Below, in pieces: positions 28,901 through 40,900 of a stretch of DNA of 63,818 bases. Under the pieces are notes generated by a model. That model was not told the DNA's origin. It saw only the letters and a list, made by a program, of their open reading frames with translations, and searched no databases. The stretch is taken from positions 1,938,485 through 2,002,302 of the forward strand of contig MU056765.1 in assembly GCA_013239625.1 (NCBI GenBank), given 5' to 3'. Position 1 is the first letter of the stretch; the number at the start of each line of letters is the position of its first letter. Made by a program: the position numbers and the translations under genes. Origin of the DNA: Lama guanicoe. Taxonomy: Eukaryota.

Positions 28901-31900
28901 AATCTTGTTTATCTGTACTTGTATAATTTTTAGTGCCTATTTGTATAGCTGACTTTTGCTCTAAATTTTCAAAATTTGATTAAGTATCTCAATTTGTAGA
29001 GTTTTCCCCTGAAACCTTTTAAAGAGATTGTAAATTGTTTATATGGGCAACCATTGACTTGGATTTAGCAGGAAATTGATACTTCCCAGGAGAAGTAATT
29101 CAGTTAAAGTTTTAAGAATGACAGTGCCACCTCTGTCAGAGTCCATGACCCCCAGCCTCCTGGTGTCCCACCCTCTCTGGCCACCGTGTCGCTCTTCCCA
29201 GGGTTTCATCCTTTGCTCTTCTGCTCTCTCTGTTTGCCCTAGGTGAGCTCGCTGCATTTTCCCCTGGTTTCACTGCCATCTTTTAGGTGTGCGTGACTCC
29301 ATACCTGGGTTCCAGGCCTCTGCCCTCCGATCCAGACCATAGTAGCTGTTGGACATGGACTCCTCACTGTCCCCCAGATACCTCACACTCAGTAGTGCAG
29401 CTGACCTCATCAAATTCCCCAATGAGCCTCTGTTGTCTTGTTTGACCCTCACACCACCTCTGGGTAGAAAGGACCTGAGGACGTATTATTCCAGTCCTCT
29501 GGGAAGTGAGTTTTGCAAGCAGCAGAGTGCTGGCCAGTAGTCTTTACTTTTGCACACTGTCTCTGCGTTGCTTTTGGTCTTCCTGTTGTAGGAGCGGTTT
29601 TAGGGGTGAGCACGAGACTCCTTCTGAAGAGAGCCTAGACTCTGCAGTTACCGTTCTGCACCCTGTCTCCCTTCTTGTCTCTCTCACACAATCCAGCCAG
29701 AAAAACGGCACCTTTACCACTCCCGGGCAGGGTCCTGCATTCCAGCTTACATGGCTAGGCTGTGCTCACTGCCAGCAGGCTTACCAAGAACAAGGGAAGT
29801 CCAGCGTCCATGTGGACAGATCTTTGACCACGGATTATTTATGAATTTGTTTTGGATTTTTATTTAATATTCATTCATTTGTAAAGTACACATGTTCTTT
29901 GATTCAAGTTGAAAGGCTAGTTTGAAGGATGCTGACTTGCTGTTCTCTGTCCCCGCCTGGGAAGGCTCCGCCGAGCAGCTGCTGAGCCCGGAGTGTTGGA
30001 AAGCCACCCTGAGAGCCCTGGGCTGCTGCTCCCCGAACTGCCAGCAGGGGGCAGCTTCTGCCGAGAGCACGGGGCTTCAGAGCTCTCCGGATGGTCTCTT
30101 GTCGGACAAGCAGGTGTGTAGATTTTGGTCTCTGAAGTTTTTATCTGTGTGTGTGTGTGTTTTTCCACTTCCTTTGAAGTTTGTTTTTTAAACAGTTGGA
30201 ACACATTGAAAGTATGTATCTAAAAAGTTGCTCTTCCATGCATTATCTCTAATAAGAGCCCTGCATTTTCCTTTCTCCACCCCTGCCATGCCCCCTGTGC
30301 CTGGATTGCTGTTCTCTCATGCCTGAGAGTCTGATTCTTGCCCCTCTGTTCAAGAACAGCCCGCACCCAGCCCCTGTGTGTACCTTCCCTCCCCACCTTG
30401 ACCCCCCTGCTTCACTGGCTCCTTCGGGCAGCTTTTCACGTAGCGTCCCATGGAGCGGTCATTTTCATCAATTTTATATGATATGGATTTATTTGAAAAA
30501 ATTGTTCCTTTGCTTTAGAAAAAGAGTTTGAAATCTGGTTTACTTTTCATATACTGTATACCTTTGCTCCATTACGAAGTCAGAGCCCCCGTCACAGTCT
30601 ACTGGGCACTCTACTGAAAGGAGACAAGTGCTTTTTTTTACTGGCCATTCTTTTCCAGGTGGTGGAGACCATACAGTGGCTCTCCAACTTTTTAAATAAG
30701 CTTCGGTTATCCACGTTGGACTTTAAAAGCTTTGGCTTATTTTCAAAATGGAGCCCTTACGTGGCTGAAATGAAGACACTCTTGGCCTATCTAGTGAAAA
30801 GGCTGCTTGACTCAGAAATGGCCTGCTTGGCCCAGGGCCCATCTGCCAGCAGCAAAACAGGTATGGAGCCGGGTGTTCCGACCTTCCACTAAAAGACACT
30901 TGAATAGACACGTTAAGAGATTTAAATCTTGGTGATAAATCCACGTATCTGTCACAAAGAAGAAATAGGGAATACAAAGCACAGGGAGGAACCCATGTAT
31001 GTGTCACCCCTACGTTCACTTAACATAGTGGGTGCTTGCCTCTGCTTGTTTTGGCTCCTCTGTAGGGTGGGGTACAAAGATAAGTTTCCGTCTCCAATTC
31101 TTTCTTCCTATTATTTATCTTGTTAAGAAAATTTAAGATTTTATCGTTAAAAAAAGTATGTTATAATTTTATAACATGACATACATGGCATTGTGTTGTA
31201 ATAAAACTTCCTCAGTTTAAGAAATTTCACTGCAGCAAATGAAGATTAAAAGATGCTTAGTTGTAGTAAATGTGTTGTTTAGAAATCAACATAGGTTTAT
31301 GAGTATACAGGTAAGAAATAGATTTTCTATGTAATTATCAGTGATGCTGACAAAAGATGGGCTTGTTTCTTTTTTTTATATTGAAGTATGGTTGATGTAC
31401 GCTATTATATAAATTACAGATGTACAAAATAGTGATTCACAATTTTTAAAGTTTGTACTCCATTTATCGTTGTTATAATATATTGATTATATTCCCTGTG
31501 TTGTACAATATGTCCTTATAGCTTATTTTATGAGTAATAGTTCGTGCTTCTTAATCCCCTACCCGTTTTGCCCCTGCTCACTTCCCTTTCCCCACTGGTA
31601 ACCACTAGTTTGTTCTCTGTATCTCTGAGTCTGCTCTGTTTTTTTATATTCAGTAGTTTGTTGTGTTTAANNNNNNNNNNNNNNNNNNNNNNNNNNNNNN
31701 NNNNNNNNNNNNNNNNNNNNNNNNNNNNNNNNNNNNNNNNNNNNNNNNNNNNNNNNNNNNNNNNNNNNNNNNNNNNNNNNNNNNNNNNNNNNNNNNNNNN
31801 NNNNNNNNNNNNNNNNNNNNNNNNNNNNNNNNNNNNNNNNNNNNNNNNNNNNNNNNNNNNNNNNNNNNNNNNNNNNNNNNNNNNNNNNNNNNNNNNNNNN

Positions 31901-34900
31901 NNNNNNNNNNNNNNNNNNNNNNNNNNNNNNNNNNNNNNNNNNNNNNNNNNNNNNGTGATTAATGCTGCTGTAAACATTGGGGCACATATATCTTTTTGAA
32001 TTAGTGGGCTTTTTTTTTTTTTCTTTGGATATATGCCCGGGAGTNNNNNNNNNNNNNNNNNNNNNNNNNNNNNNNNNNNNNNNNNNNNNNNNNNNNNNNN
32101 NNNNNNNNNNNNNNNNNNNNNNNNNNNNNNNNNNNNNNNNNNNNNNNNNNNNNNNNNNNNNNNNNNNNNNNNNNNNNNNNNNNNNNNNNNNNNNNNNNNN
32201 NNNNTGATCGCCGTTCTGACAGGTGTGAGGTGATGCCTCATTGTGGCTTTGATTTGCATTTCTCTGATGATTAGTGATGTTGAGCATCTTTTCACATGCT
32301 TGTTGACCACCTGCATTTGATGGGTTTATTTCTTGTCTCTAAAATTTTTGCTTTGTATCAGTGCTGAGATCCCTGCATGCGATAATCGTCCAACTCTTTA
32401 AGCCGTGGATCCTGGTTTTAGAGGACAATGAAAGGTACACAGTTTTTCCAATATTCAAATGCCTTTGAAATTTATAGCCTTAATGTTCTGACGGTGTTTT
32501 GTTATAGGTGATGGTTTGCAGATTCGATTTCTAGTATTGGGCCATCTTTAAATTTAGAAAATACTGCCTTACAAAATAAAGACATTTTCTGTTTGTGGGC
32601 TTGTTAGTCTGGTTGATCAGAGCTGTTGATTTTGAAGCAAAACTGTATACTCATTTCCAGTTTTCTACAATAAAGAAGTTGAATGTGTTTGGTATTTAAT
32701 TTCAGAAAAGTGGGTATTGCTCTCCTGGATAATATAGTGCTACAAAATATGAAGCTAACTTGATTTTACCCAGTATTTCAGTTATTTTTTGGAACTAAGA
32801 TGGCTTTCAAATTACTGGGTAGAATTACCTTTTTCACGTGAACTCTGCAACTAAATGGAAGCATTATTTCACAAGCATTTAAAACAGAGGTGTAGAGCTG
32901 TCCAAATACAGGGAGTTGCCTTACAAGTCTTTTTTCCCCTAAAAGCATACAAACAGAAGCTAGGGGTCCAGAGTTTTCTAAGAATTAAACTGGTGGTAGA
33001 TGTCACAGTATTTAAAGTGTTTTCACAAATATGAATTAATTTCATCCTGAGATTCAGAAAACCTTGCTCAGATCCCACAGCCAGTGGGGCCAGATCTGGG
33101 ACCAGAGCTCAGAGCTTTAACCTCCATGCCAGACTCTTTGTATCACCAAGCTGCTTCAAGAGCCCATTGAAGAAAATAGAAAAGGTTCTAGGCCTTTGCT
33201 TTTGCCAAGGGCTGTCCTTATGCACTCTGCAAGCTTCAGGGTTTTGTTTTCAGGACCACGAGACTGCTGACCATAAAGCAGGGTGCCTGTTTATTCCTAG
33301 GAAGAATTAATGGAATTTATTCCTACATTTTACTTTCAGTACCAAATTCAGAAACTAAAATGTTCATTTAAAGAGTTTTTTTCTTTGGTTATTTTCTCTC
33401 TGTTCATTTTTGGTCATCTTTGGTTACATGACTGTTTTTCCTCTCCCCTCCCGTACACAGACAGAACTGTTCTCTAAGGCACTTGAAATGTAACCAGGAT
33501 ACACAAGGAATGGGTTCAAGGGCATAAACTGGTTGTAAAAAGTGTTAATTTAATAGTTACTTAGATAAGACACTTCTGAAACTTAATTGTGTTGAAATAA
33601 AGTTTAGGAAGGAAAGTAAGTATAATTATATGATTGATATTGAAAGCTCCAATTCACCTTCAGGAATTTACAGCCTTTAAAGTGGTCTAAGTGTGTCTTA
33701 GGCTACATTATACAGAGTTTTCTAGGACTTAGGCAAGCCCCCCAGACTCTGGGCCATAGAGTAGTTTAATCATTTCTAAGTGTCTGTTTCTTTTGTTTAA
33801 AGCGGCCAGCGACATTACCCCTGGCTGGAGAGTGATGCCGTGGTGGCCTCAAGCGTTGTGCAGCTGTTCACCGACTGCATCGGTTCGTTGCACGAGAGAT
33901 TTCAAGGTACGAAGACGTGCTATTATGTCTCTGGTTAGTTTTCACTTTTTCCGAAGTCATTCAGTTAAGCTTTTGCATTTGCTTTCCTACTTAATTTAAC
34001 TTTGTCAGGCTGTCATCTTCGACCAAAGAAAGGTCACCCGTGTAATTATTTCGTGTCAAGTGTGTGACCTCTTCTTGGTGAGGTGGTGCTGAGTGCCATC
34101 AGTTACAGAAAGTAGGCCTTTCTCTCTCCACGTTTTGTCTACCCCTCCCCCCCACCACGTTGAACCTCATTCTGTCTCTGTGGCTCACTTCTTTTTTGTG
34201 TTTTCTAATTTTTTGTGCTTCGTTTTGGGCAAATTCCTGAGGTTTCTCTTCCAGTTTACTGCATCTCTCTAGCTATGTCTAATCTGCTTAGAAAAAGTAT
34301 TCATTGCATTTTTCATTTCAATCTCTAGAAGTTATGTTGTTCATTTTTTAAAGTTCACCCTGATCCTTTTTGATAGCATCGTGTTTCTTTCATTTAAAAC
34401 TCCAGTTTTCATTTCTTTAAAATGTTTCAGCATGCTTACTTCCCTTCATGACTTCAGTGCAGCAGTTCCACGAGCTGAAGCTCCTGCGGGGAGGAGGGTG
34501 GCTCGCGCTGCTGTCTTGATGTCCCTTCAGAGGCTTGTTTCTGTGTGTGTTTCATTTTTTGTTGTGAGCCCGCAGTTAGACTATAGAAATTCTGTGACGG
34601 CTAAGATGAAGGTGTGTGCCTCCAGAAAAGGTCAGCATTTGTTGCCAGTTGGATCCGTGCAATTTTTTGCATTGGGATTTCTCACACTACACAGATACAT
34701 GAAATCAAACCCCAGACCCAATTACCACGGTCAGCGTTCTTGCGTCCCCAGCTCTGAGTCCAGACTAAGGCACGGGTGCTCCGTTTCCCACCTTGCGCTG
34801 AGGGTGCAGTCCTCGAGGGTCTTGTCTTCTGTTTCCTGTGCTGCTGAAACCCCACGTGAGCAGACAGTCCCGGGAAGATCCAGCGTCAGCTCACTTCTCA

Positions 34901-37900
34901 GCTTCCCCAGGTTCTCTGCTTCTGGCCCCTGCTGTTTCTCTTCCACTGAGTATATCTGGCTGTGCATTTTCAGAGATGTTCCATTTTGCTTCGTGCATCT
35001 GCATGTTGTGTATTGGGGCTTTATTAAGATAGAGGTCGGTCCACCCAATCCAGATTCTTGCAATAGCCTAACTGTTTCTTCTATCTTGAGTTTCTGGTCT
35101 TGGCTTATGTGTTAGATTGATTTTTCCTAAAGTTCTACTTATATCCAATTATATTCTTATTCAGAAACTTTCAAGTGTGATAAAGTTTTAGCTCAGCATT
35201 CAAATGGGTCTGGCCCGGAGGACTTCAACAACATTATGCGATAGTTTTTATGGGAACATCCCATCCGGCCACACCGCTCCACTCACTGCTCCCTGAAAGT
35301 CCTTAGACCTTCCCCCTGCTGTTCCTTTGCTTATGCTGATTGCACTGCCTGGTTGAAGCCTCAGGCCCTTTATATTCCACTGCATATCTATTCATGTGCA
35401 ATAATCTTCGTAGCACGTTGTTGTAGTTTGAATCCTTGCAAAGCAGGCACCATGGTGGAGCCACAAGGCTGAGATTTATTTGGAGTGATGCCTGTGGAAA
35501 TAAGAGGGAGAGGAGTCAGGGTAGGCAAGGAAAGCCTTCAGACCTTGGTGTGGTTCTAACACCTGGGAAGGTGTTACTGAAACTTGAGTCCCGCTGCACG
35601 CTGCTTGACAGCCAATAAGAAAGAGAGGCATGTGTTTGGTAAAAAGGGAAATTTGTTTATTCTAGAGTCCGGCAGCCAGTGGGGAGGAGGGGAGGAAGAG
35701 GGTGTGTGTGTGGGTGAGGGTGGACTCTTGTCCAAAGAAGCACCCTTCTTTTTATCCTCCTCAAGGCTGAGGATAGTACATGTTCTCTGTGTCTATTTGT
35801 GAAGTGTTAGTTCAGTAAATAACACATGAAGTCCTAATCGTTCTGTTTTTTTTTTTTTTTTGGAAAGGCAGACTTCTAGCTGCTTTTTACCATCCAGAAT
35901 GTCTTTATAGTGAGAAAATAGTGAGCATAAAATTATTGTCATAAAGGCTTTAAGTAGTTTCTTAGAATAAGGGGCAAGCACTCAAACAGGCTCTTGCCTA
36001 TGTGTATAAGATAAGGAATGGCCTAGAAACGGGTGGGCACGTGGATAACATTAAGACTTGGTAGCTGAGTTCAGAGAGAGGACATAGAACTATGCATAGC
36101 AAGATGAAGAAGTATTAAATTATAGCCTTTTAGTGAGATCATCTGATCCCACTCTCTGTGTTTATTGATGAGAAAAATCTGCACCTGGAAAGTGAAATGA
36201 ATTTATCTGACATCACAGAACATATTTGTGTCTGGGCTGGAAGCAGAAGCTCAGGCTGGTCCTAAGAGGTTATAATGTCTTAGACATCTCCTGTGTCTCC
36301 ATCCTTATTTGAACAAAACTGTCTTTTATCCATATTTAAGCAAATGCTACTCTTCACCCCCGTCTTAAAAGATTGTTAAAAACGCGTGTTAATGTTTCAG
36401 GCTATAGAATAAGGTAAGGGCTGGGGATTGAGGACGCAGGAATGTCAGCAGTGGTAAGTCGACTGGCACCATATGTTGATGCTTATGGATTGTTTTTCAA
36501 AAAGTCAGTGTTGAGAAACTCCCACGAGGTTTCTGTTCTCGTCGTGTGTGGTTCTCTCTTCTTTGGCTACATTCCATTCTTTGGCATAGATCCAGAGAAT
36601 CTGAAAAATTTGTTTTAGGCTAAATGCCCCTTAACATTGCCATTAGCGGTTAGGGCACTAAAGTAATTGATACTTACGAGGACAGTACTGAGTGATCCGG
36701 GTCACAGAAGAGTGTGAGATTCGTTTCTAATGACTTACCAGAATGACATCTAGTAGTCTAGTCTTACTGCACAAAGGGTTAGGATTTAGTCACGTGAACA
36801 TTTCCTTCTGAGGAATGTTGGATTTTTCCAAGGTGCCAAATGCACAGGATTGAATGCGTGCTGAGGGCAACAGACCAAAGGGACGCCTAGAATTGATTAG
36901 TGGCCGTGGAAGTGTGTTTGAGTTAGAAAACCATCTATTTAGAAGTAGTTGTGGAGAAAAACTGATCAGCCCTGCTGTCTCCCACACACTGGGTGCGCCT
37001 TCCAGTTACCCAAGTACCTTTATTATTACTCTGCCATCAGTTTTTTTTCCCCCTGACGTGTGATAATCTTTGAAACTGGGTAATTTAAGTTTTAGACTTT
37101 TTAGTTTAAATTTGTGTTTTGTGTTCCTTTTTTGTTTTGTTTGTCTTAAAGATAAACCAAAAGGTCTTCAGCTATATTTTCTTTTTCAATTTTAGATAAG
37201 CTCTTGCCCGGTGATGAAGGAGCCCTGCGGTTACACCTGCTGCATTATTGTGAAGCATGTACGGCACCCAAAATGCCCGAGTTCATTCTGTACGCTTTTC
37301 ACAGCGCCTACCGGAAACTGCCGTGGAGGGACCTGCATCCCGACCAGATGCTCATGGAAGCTTTCTTCAAAGTAAGCCCTTCACTCTCCAGGTCACAGCC
37401 TGGCTTCTAGGGAGCAGCCTGTTCACTGGTTTTCCCACCCAGTTGTAGTCTGTGCCCACGTGGACCCTGCCCACATTCTGTATTGCCCAGATGGTGTTTG
37501 CGTAAGCTGCAGCCCATGGATGTCCTTTCACTGTGTTAATAGATGACTGGACAGTATTTACAGGACCATTTTTAAAACCTAGAGAAAGATTGTGTCTGTA
37601 ATATGGTAGCCATCCTCAAGACTTTGGTGACAGTGTCGTGTGAGTACATAGTTTAATGACTTTGTCTTGTTCAGTCTTGGTGTTTTCTGTGTACACGTGT
37701 TTCAAAAGGATAGCACCATTAAAATTACTTACTGTTGAATGTTCTATCAAAGCAAAATGTAAGTCATTCTCAAGCCATTAGTTTCTTTAGGCAGCTATGC
37801 AAGGGAATAACTAGGTTGTGGGAGACAGAAGTGCACTGTAACAACCAACAATGTGTCATAACCACATAAAGACCTGCAGTGACCTGGCGAACGTCCCAGT

Positions 37901-40900
37901 AAGTGTGTGGGAGGCTTTGCGGCAGAAGCGATGGCTGCAGGAAACAGGCTCACAAGTGTTACTTACATATCGGTCTGGCATTTTTGTTGTTCTTACTAAG
38001 TTTCTATTTTTAAAAAACCCTTTATTCTTGTCTTAGCTCTTTGTGATCACTTCAGTTTACTTGTTCATAGTCACCAGTTCATTAGTGTTTACTCTTAATC
38101 TCACATCACATTTACTGTTGAGACACTCTAAGAGCTTTAATTCCTGCAGGTCCACAGCTATTTATGACAGTCAGTGAAACGGACCGCCGTCTTGTAATGC
38201 TGTGAAGGGAGACCCACCCGGTGCTGCTCTTGCCAGCCTGTCCTCTGAAACTGAGTCTACGGAAAGCTGAGGACAGTTGTCTTAGCGAGGTGCAAGGTTA
38301 AGAATGACTTTGTAGCTAGGTTTAGTGTATGAGACAGGCACTAAGTAGATGCTCATCACCATTGACAGTAGGAACCGAATGCTTGTTTAAAGAGCTGTAA
38401 GAGGGCAGCTCTAGCTATATGACAGATTAAATGGAACGGTCTGTAAAAGGATGCTGTGGACTTTGTATCCCTAGGAGTTTTTTAAAAGTCTAATGGGAGA
38501 TGACTCTGACCTGCCCAGAAACTGGGACCCTTTCAGTTCCGTGAATCTTGTAATAATAATAAGGTATGCTTTTGAGAGGGTTGAGGGTGAGGATAGAGAA
38601 CAGGTTATAAAAGAGGATGAAGAGAATATTTTTCTAAAAGGGAGAATAATAAATAACATGATATAATGATGGTGATGGTGGGAAGACATGAATCATCACC
38701 AAATTCCATTGATGGTGACTTTATAAATGGAGTCGAGCTTTTTAATCTTCTTTTTAAAAGGAAAAATTTATAGCTAGCCATGTTTTATTTTAAACAGACT
38801 TGAAATAGGCTTATAAGAGAGAACTATGACGTTTATTATATACTTGATAATACAGTTGCCTCCCCATGCCTGATATATTTTATATAAGATTTAATTAAAC
38901 ATTATGCAGTCATCAAAAATCATAAAGACTAATGGTACGGAGACATTTATAACATGACATTCCACTAAAAAGGTAGTATGAAAGTTGTGTATACTAATGT
39001 AATAGGTCTCAAAGTGTGATCCTGGGACCAGCAGCATGAGTGCCACCTGGGAACTTGTTAAGAAGGTGAATTCCTGCTCTTACTCCAGATGTAGGAAATT
39101 AAAAATTCTACAGGTACACCGCCTGCCACACCCCGCTCCAAAAACGAAAAACTAAATAAAAACAATAACAAAAAAAACTTGGCAGCCTGTGTTTTAGCAA
39201 GTCCCCCAGGTGGTTCTGATGCACGCTCAGCTTTGGGAACCACTGACTGGTAGATGTCACCTTCGTCCTGCCCAGCACATCTGAGGACTGTGGTAGGTGC
39301 CCTGAGCACCAGTGACTAACTAGCAGGCATTTGCCACCCTGGCTAGAGCCAGGGAGGGTCGTTCCTCTCCTGTTAAGAATTAGTGGGATAAATAATGAAC
39401 TCCAAACAAGCTGAAGAATGTACACATCCACTGAAAGGAAAGAGATTACAAATGTTAAGTCTGAATCTCTTGGAAGGTAGGATTACGAATGACCTTTATA
39501 ATCTGAGAAAAAGGATGATAATTTAAAAAATATATAATTTAGTAAACATTGATACATATACATTTTCAAAACACACAGACAGCTACAAGCATCATGTCCT
39601 TTCAGGTGGAACGAGGAAGTCCCAAGAGCTGCTTCTTATTTTTGGGCTCTGTCCTCTGCGAAGTCAACTGGGTCAGTGTGCTCTCTGATGCCTGGAACCC
39701 CAGCCCCCTCCCAGAGACCCGGAGCATGGTTGTCTGTCTCCTTTTCATGATGATTTTATTGGCAAAGGAAGATCAACTGGTAGACCAGACTGTAAGTTTG
39801 GAGAGCCTGGGATAAGGATTTGGCAAGGCTCCCTCGATCCTCGCTCTGTATGGAGTCATCGTTTTTCATTTGTTTCCCTAATGCCTCTTTGAGTTGTGAA
39901 TATACGCTTGGCATATGGGATGTGCGTTTAACTAGGTGCCTGATTTTTCTTAGTTCACAGTCTAAGGGAATCACACCAAGTTAGAATAAAAAATCAGTTT
40001 TATTTTGTATCTCATTAATTGCTTGTTCTATCACCAGATCACAGAGTTCCTTTGAAAACTGGGCTCTGAAAACTTACAAATCTTAACGTTAATGTGTCTG
40101 CCAAGACTTTGGTTATGACTTTCACAAGTACTTCGAACTTGAGCAGATGCTCATTGGGCATCTTAGCTGTTCGATGCTTATCATGAGCCATGTTAGTGGC
40201 CACTCCATAGACTGTGGAGAGACACATTTCTGGGAACACGGGAGTTCTGGAGCTAAAGGAATATGTGTTTCATTTTTAGGATTCGCCTCTGCTTACTCTC
40301 CTTGGACAGACAAGCTCGCTTTCATGGCATCTGGTGGATACTGTGTCGTATCAGAGTGTGCTGGCTTATTTCAGCAGCCATTACCAGCCGTCCATCATCC
40401 TGGCAAAGGAACCTTCTGCTGAATTAATCGTGAAGCTCCTTAAAGTGTCCGCAGGCCTTTCCGTCCCTACTGACAGCCAGAAACATCACGTAAGCTCAGT
40501 AGGTGCTTCAGAAGGCAGAGTGTTGTGCAGGGCTGGTGGTAGCAGAGGACCGTCTTGAACCCTTGGACGGCTCAGGAGATAAAGTTGGAGGATGTGTATC
40601 ATTGTGTACCCACATTGTGGCCTCTTGTATCTTCCAGTTTTATTTGTCTCTTCTGGTAAGCCTTTACCTGCTGGTAGTGTCACACGCTAATATGAGGGTA
40701 AAAGGATTGAGGGCCAGCGGTGGGCTGTTGGTTTGCTGATCTGAGTCTCACTGGCAGCAGAATGGCAGGCAAGTTATGAGTATGAGTTTGCGGTCTCACA
40801 AACTCAGGTCTCCAGCTCACTGCCTTTCTGACCTTGGTTTTCTCTCTTGAATTGTAAATAATAACACTTTGCCTCAAAGTGTTGTTAGATTAGATAAATG

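Noticed and set aside
31528-32316. 262-aa ORF and other X-containing ORFs
   Set aside because: Artefacts of N-runs within dead L1 ORF2 fragments.
34381-35115. 244-aa + strand ORF
   Set aside because: Intronic, non-ATG start, no recognisable domain, overlaps degenerate old-LINE-like sequence; likely a chance ORF.
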